This document shows positions 60,217 through 64,000 of a stretch of DNA of 64,000 nt, in pieces. Source of the DNA: Moniliella sp. 'wahieum' (Eukaryota); assembly GCA_003971905.1 (NCBI GenBank), contig RSEE01000041.1, positions 1 through 64,000 of the forward strand, read 5' to 3'. Each line of letters begins with the position of its first letter. Positions within the stretch are counted from its first letter, which is position 1. A model generated the notes under the pieces. The model was not told the DNA's origin. It made no database searches and saw nothing but the letters and a program-made list of their open reading frames with translations. Made by a program: the position numbers and the translations under genes.

Positions 60217-62551
60217 ATGGTGCGAAAGAGGGTGGGGCTGGGCGGGACGAAGGAACGTGGAGGAGGCGGTAGGAGGGGAAAAGGGAACGGGAAAGGAGAA
60301 GGAGAAGGGGGGAGAGGGTGGGCAAGCGGAGGGAAAAGAGAGGATGTGTTTGCGGACGCACTGACGGATGCACTAATGGCTAACTTTTGCTGCTTCGGGC
60401 AGCCACTGCCTGAGAAGTAACACTGTTGATACATGATCGATGCATGATCCGTGGCGGATTGGTGCCTCGCCTGTGACACCTACCCCACACAAGCAGCACA
60501 GGCCGACTCACACGCTGTCTGCATCTTGGCGTCTGTGCCTGGCGGGGCGTGGCGGCTGTGTTGCGTGCTGGTCGTTTCCGCTCATCGGTCGTCGATCCTC
60601 CGGCCGTGCCGGCTGGGCGTTGTGGCGGCCCAAGCGAACACAACAACCAAGCACTCACCGGACGGCGCCCACCCGATCGACACGACACGTACCGGCAGCC
60701 GCCCACACGGCCGCTGTACTGCGCTTCCTGTGGTGAGGCACATCATGCTCATGCATCACCGGTATCCATCGCCACTGCCTCTGTCCCGCCGGCCTGTACC
60801 ACCCACGTGCGTAGCACAAATTTTGCCCCGTCCCAGATTCTGCAGCCTCCTCGTGGCAGATCTCTCGTAGATCCCATCAATGCATCACACTGCTTAATGA
60901 ACAACATTCTCACTTGCAACCCTCCAGCATGGCCTCGCTTGCAATACATTGATGGCGGGGGTGCTTGATGGCGATGAGTGGATATGAAAACGTGGCCGTG
61001 AAGCGAGTTATGTGTCGGTACTGTCGGCTATTTCCACACCGGACGCGTGAGCGCCAGCACACCTGAGGAACTTCATTTTAGTCGGCCTATAAGAAGCTTC
61101 TGTGACTGAGAGTCGTCCTGCAGACTGGTGCCAACTGAAAATGAAAGTAGGCTGGCTCACTCGCCGAATTGATCCCAGTAGGACGAAAGTCACGTGGACG
61201 TGGCGGAGTGAACAATAACGATGCAACGTGCTGTCCCGCGGCCCTAGCCCTTTTGGATTGGCGCAAGATCGAGGTCGGGGCCCGTCCAACCATCTAACGG
61301 AAGGTCAAAACGGCAGGAGGGGGGGGGGGGGTCGATGTTGATGGCACCCGTGCTCCACTAATTCTGGACAAATCCGAGATGGGTTATAGTTCCGAATTGG
61401 AGTCCAGAATGAAGGCTTACAGGGGAGATGGTCCGCTTCTGGATTGGTCCAGGAATGAGGTCACGCCGCTTCCCAAGAGCTTAGGCCGCCTTCAGACGGC
61501 GCAATGTTCGAACCAACAGCGTCGGCGCACCATCAGAGATGGGTGGATTTGAGAATAAATGGTAGCGCATGGTTCTCAGGTGACTCTCTTTCAGAAGCGC
61601 ACAGCGGGAGGGACAGGCGGGGCACACCGATGGTGAACTTGCAAGACACCTAGTCTCTCAACCACAGACGATCTTCGAGTAGTAATCATACAAGTAACGG
61701 GGTGAGGGAGAAGAAGGGGAAGCCGGGGAAGGAGAGGTGGTGGCGATGAGAGGCGGAACACGCAGTGGGACAGGGGTGAACACGTGGTCTAGCTGCTGAA
61801 GGAGGACTGCAATGGAGGATGAGCTTCTAAGGAGAGGAACAGAGGCTATGAAAGGGTAGGGCCTTACTATATACTGAGACGAGGGTACCGCAGAGCTGAG
61901 GGAGCGTCCGGGGGATAAGAAGCGTGATGACTATCACGCAGGATGCGTAATTGGGGCATCGCCCAGCCCCACCACGACCGGATGTGGACGAGGCGATGAA
62001 GAACGGGCACGGCAGAGGTGCCGTGGTCGAACAGCCCCACCAGCCTCGTGTGGAGAAGAGGCGTGGTCGTAGGATGAAGGGGAAACATCTTCTTCCATGA
62101 CGGCCTCTCCCCCCTCACCCCTCATCAGGGGTGACGTCGGGCGGGCCGGGAGAAGAGCGTGAAAGGGTGGCCTTGTTTGCGAGGCGTGTACCGAGCTTTG
62201 CTGGCCCAAAGGGCGGCGTTGGCGAGTCTGGAGGCCAGAGCACGTCTTGCCGCAGGGGAGGAGCGACGAGCTCCTGGGAGGGTGGGTTGAGTGACCGCGC
62301 TGATAGCGAAACGCTGCCGCTCGGGAGCAGCTAGCAGCAAGCCGCCGCCCCCACGCGTGTGGGCTTCATAACCACACGCCCAATCTGCCTCTTGGCCACT
62401 CTCTCTCGCTAGTCTTAGCGTTTAACAGGACTCAGACGTGTGTTGGGCTGAGAAGTCTTGTTCAGCGGCTTGGGGCACGCGTGGGTGTGGGCGTGTGGAT
62501 GCGCCGCCCCGTGCGGGTGTGGCGCGTAGTGTCAATCATCGATCATCGAAC

Positions 62552-64000
62552 ATGAATCGCATCTCCCTTTGCCCGACGCGACGCGACACACCGCCGCTCT
62601 TGCCGTCTCCACCGTCTGGGAGGCCGTCGATCGCCCTGTCTGCGTCGGGCACCATGTCCAGCGCCGCGCTGCCCACCCTCTCCGGCCCGCCCCCCCCCGC
62701 CGGCGTGCCCGCGCACCCGCGCCGCGCTCGACGCGCCCCACGCGTTGCTCTACCGCCCCCATCGCGCTCGATCCCGCCCAGGCGCGCCATCCGTTTGTGC
62801 TGCTCCCGCCTGTGCCTCTCCGTTCTGGCTCCTCCTCGTGCCTCCTCCCCCTCCTCTCCCGTCGTGTTGAGCATGGGCCCGCAGGGCTTCCGCTCGGCCT
62901 CTCCCTCCCCGCCTGCCTCCTCCCCCGCCGCCCGCGCCCCTCCTCGGAGCCCCCACGGCCACCGTCAAGCACAACACCTTCAAAGCGCTTCTCACCTCCT
63001 CGGGCACCATTCTCGCTGTCGGCGCCCTGTCCTCTGCGCTCTGTTCCTCGCCCCTCGCTTGGCTTCGCGATCCTACCCTCTTGGCCTTCCCCTCCCAGCT
63101 GGGCCGAGCACACCCTGTCGATCCACACCGCGCTGGCCGCGTCACTGCCCATCAGATCGCCGCTGGCAACACTTCCTCTTGGCCCTCGTCCACACCGCCG
63201 ACGGCCGCCGCACGTTGTCCAATGCGCGGCGGGGTGGAATCCTACCGTGCTGCCCTATGCTGGGCCTTGCACACCGCAGTCCCACACACCGCCCGCCGCC
63301 CTCTTCCTCGCTGCCAGTCACGCCATCCTCCTCCTCTGCATTCTCCTGCTCCCCCCCGCTTTCTGTTACGTCCACGATTTCTCCTTCTATTTCCTTCTCT
63401 TTCGTCTTCTCCCTCGGCGTCTCCTTCTCCTTCTCCTCTCCTTCTCCTTCCCCTCCTCCTTCTCCTTCCGTCACTCCTCCGCCGCCTCCGCTTCCGCGCG
63501 CCAGATCCTGCAGATTGAGGCCGGCTACGACTTTGGCCTCACCCTCGTCTCGGTTCGCACCTCGGCCTCGTCTCTGTCTCTGTCTCCGTCTCCCGATCCA
63601 CCCTCCGAGCACGACACGTCGGAGCGCCAAGTATGGTTTTGGCGCCCCGAGTGGACCGAGGACAAGTCTGGTGCTCAGTGTACGTCTTCTTCCGTCGGTT
63701 CTCTCCTTGGTACTAACCTCTCATCACACACACCATTCTTCTCTTCTCTCCTTTCGTCTCGATTCGTTCATTTTTTCTCCGTCTCTTGGCGCATCTAGCC
63801 CGTTCCGGAGACACCTGTTGCCGAGGCTCCTCGTTGACGGCAGAGCAAGCGTACCGACTGCCTCCGATCCCCGATCTGGAGGATGACAAACAAAACAAGG
63901 AAGTGGTCGTACAAGTAGCCGGCGGGGGCACGTTTGTCGTCGCGCTCACCTCGGCCGGACGCTTGTTCCAACTGAACATCAAGGACGTGCGCACGCCCTC
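62552..64000 (+). CDS. RCC1/BLIP-II repeat protein (possibly Saf1-like), partial
   Basis: Repeat-like motifs RHTAALAVS..VW, VVQCAAGW, QILQIEAGYDFGLTL..QVWFW and VVQVAGGGTFVVALTSAGRLF. Runs off the window end; the true start may lie upstream of 62552. Confidence 0.6.

Noticed and set aside
1..64000. tRNA, rRNA, intact transposase or retroelement genes
   Set aside because: None recognised by eye. tRNAscan-SE, Infernal and RepeatModeler would be needed to exclude small RNAs or degenerate elements.

Overview
Eukaryotic (fungal) DNA, most likely a basidiomycete yeast or smut relative. This is inferred from GC-rich genes, few short introns with GTACGT/GTGCGT donors and CTGAC/CTAAC branch sites, a myosin-motor chitin synthase and TTAGGG-type telomere repeats. 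The window appears to start at a chromosome end (CCCTAA repeats at 1-15). It carries about 15 protein genes: a secreted, probably GPI-anchored GMC oxidoreductase, a LACTB2-like metallo-beta-lactamase, an AVT-type amino acid transporter, a Sec7/PH ARF-GEF, a low-complexity orphan, NAD-dependent MTHF dehydrogenase, an F-box protein, a Zn2Cys6 factor, beta-tubulin, a small putative mitochondrial protein, class V chitin synthase, RNR2, an amino acid permease, an RlpA/expansin-like protein and a partial RCC1-repeat gene. Nearly all genes, including essential ones, carry single-base frameshifts that look like unpolished long-read errors, so boundaries are approximate. The most unusual signal is non-coding. 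Intergenic DNA (especially 24.7-33.5 kb, 49.4-49.9 kb, 55.1-56.5 kb and the subtelomere) follows one grammar: short palindromes that start with A and end with T (AAGCTT, ACTAGT, AGGCCT, AGATCT, ACATGT, AACGTT, ACCGGT, ACGCGT, ATGCAT, ATCGAT, AGTACT, AGCT), tandemly joined by one spacer base (T-N-A junctions, 7-bp period). Promoters also carry telobox-like CAACCCTA motifs, an MCB cluster at RNR2, and (CCA)n tracts just upstream of start codons.
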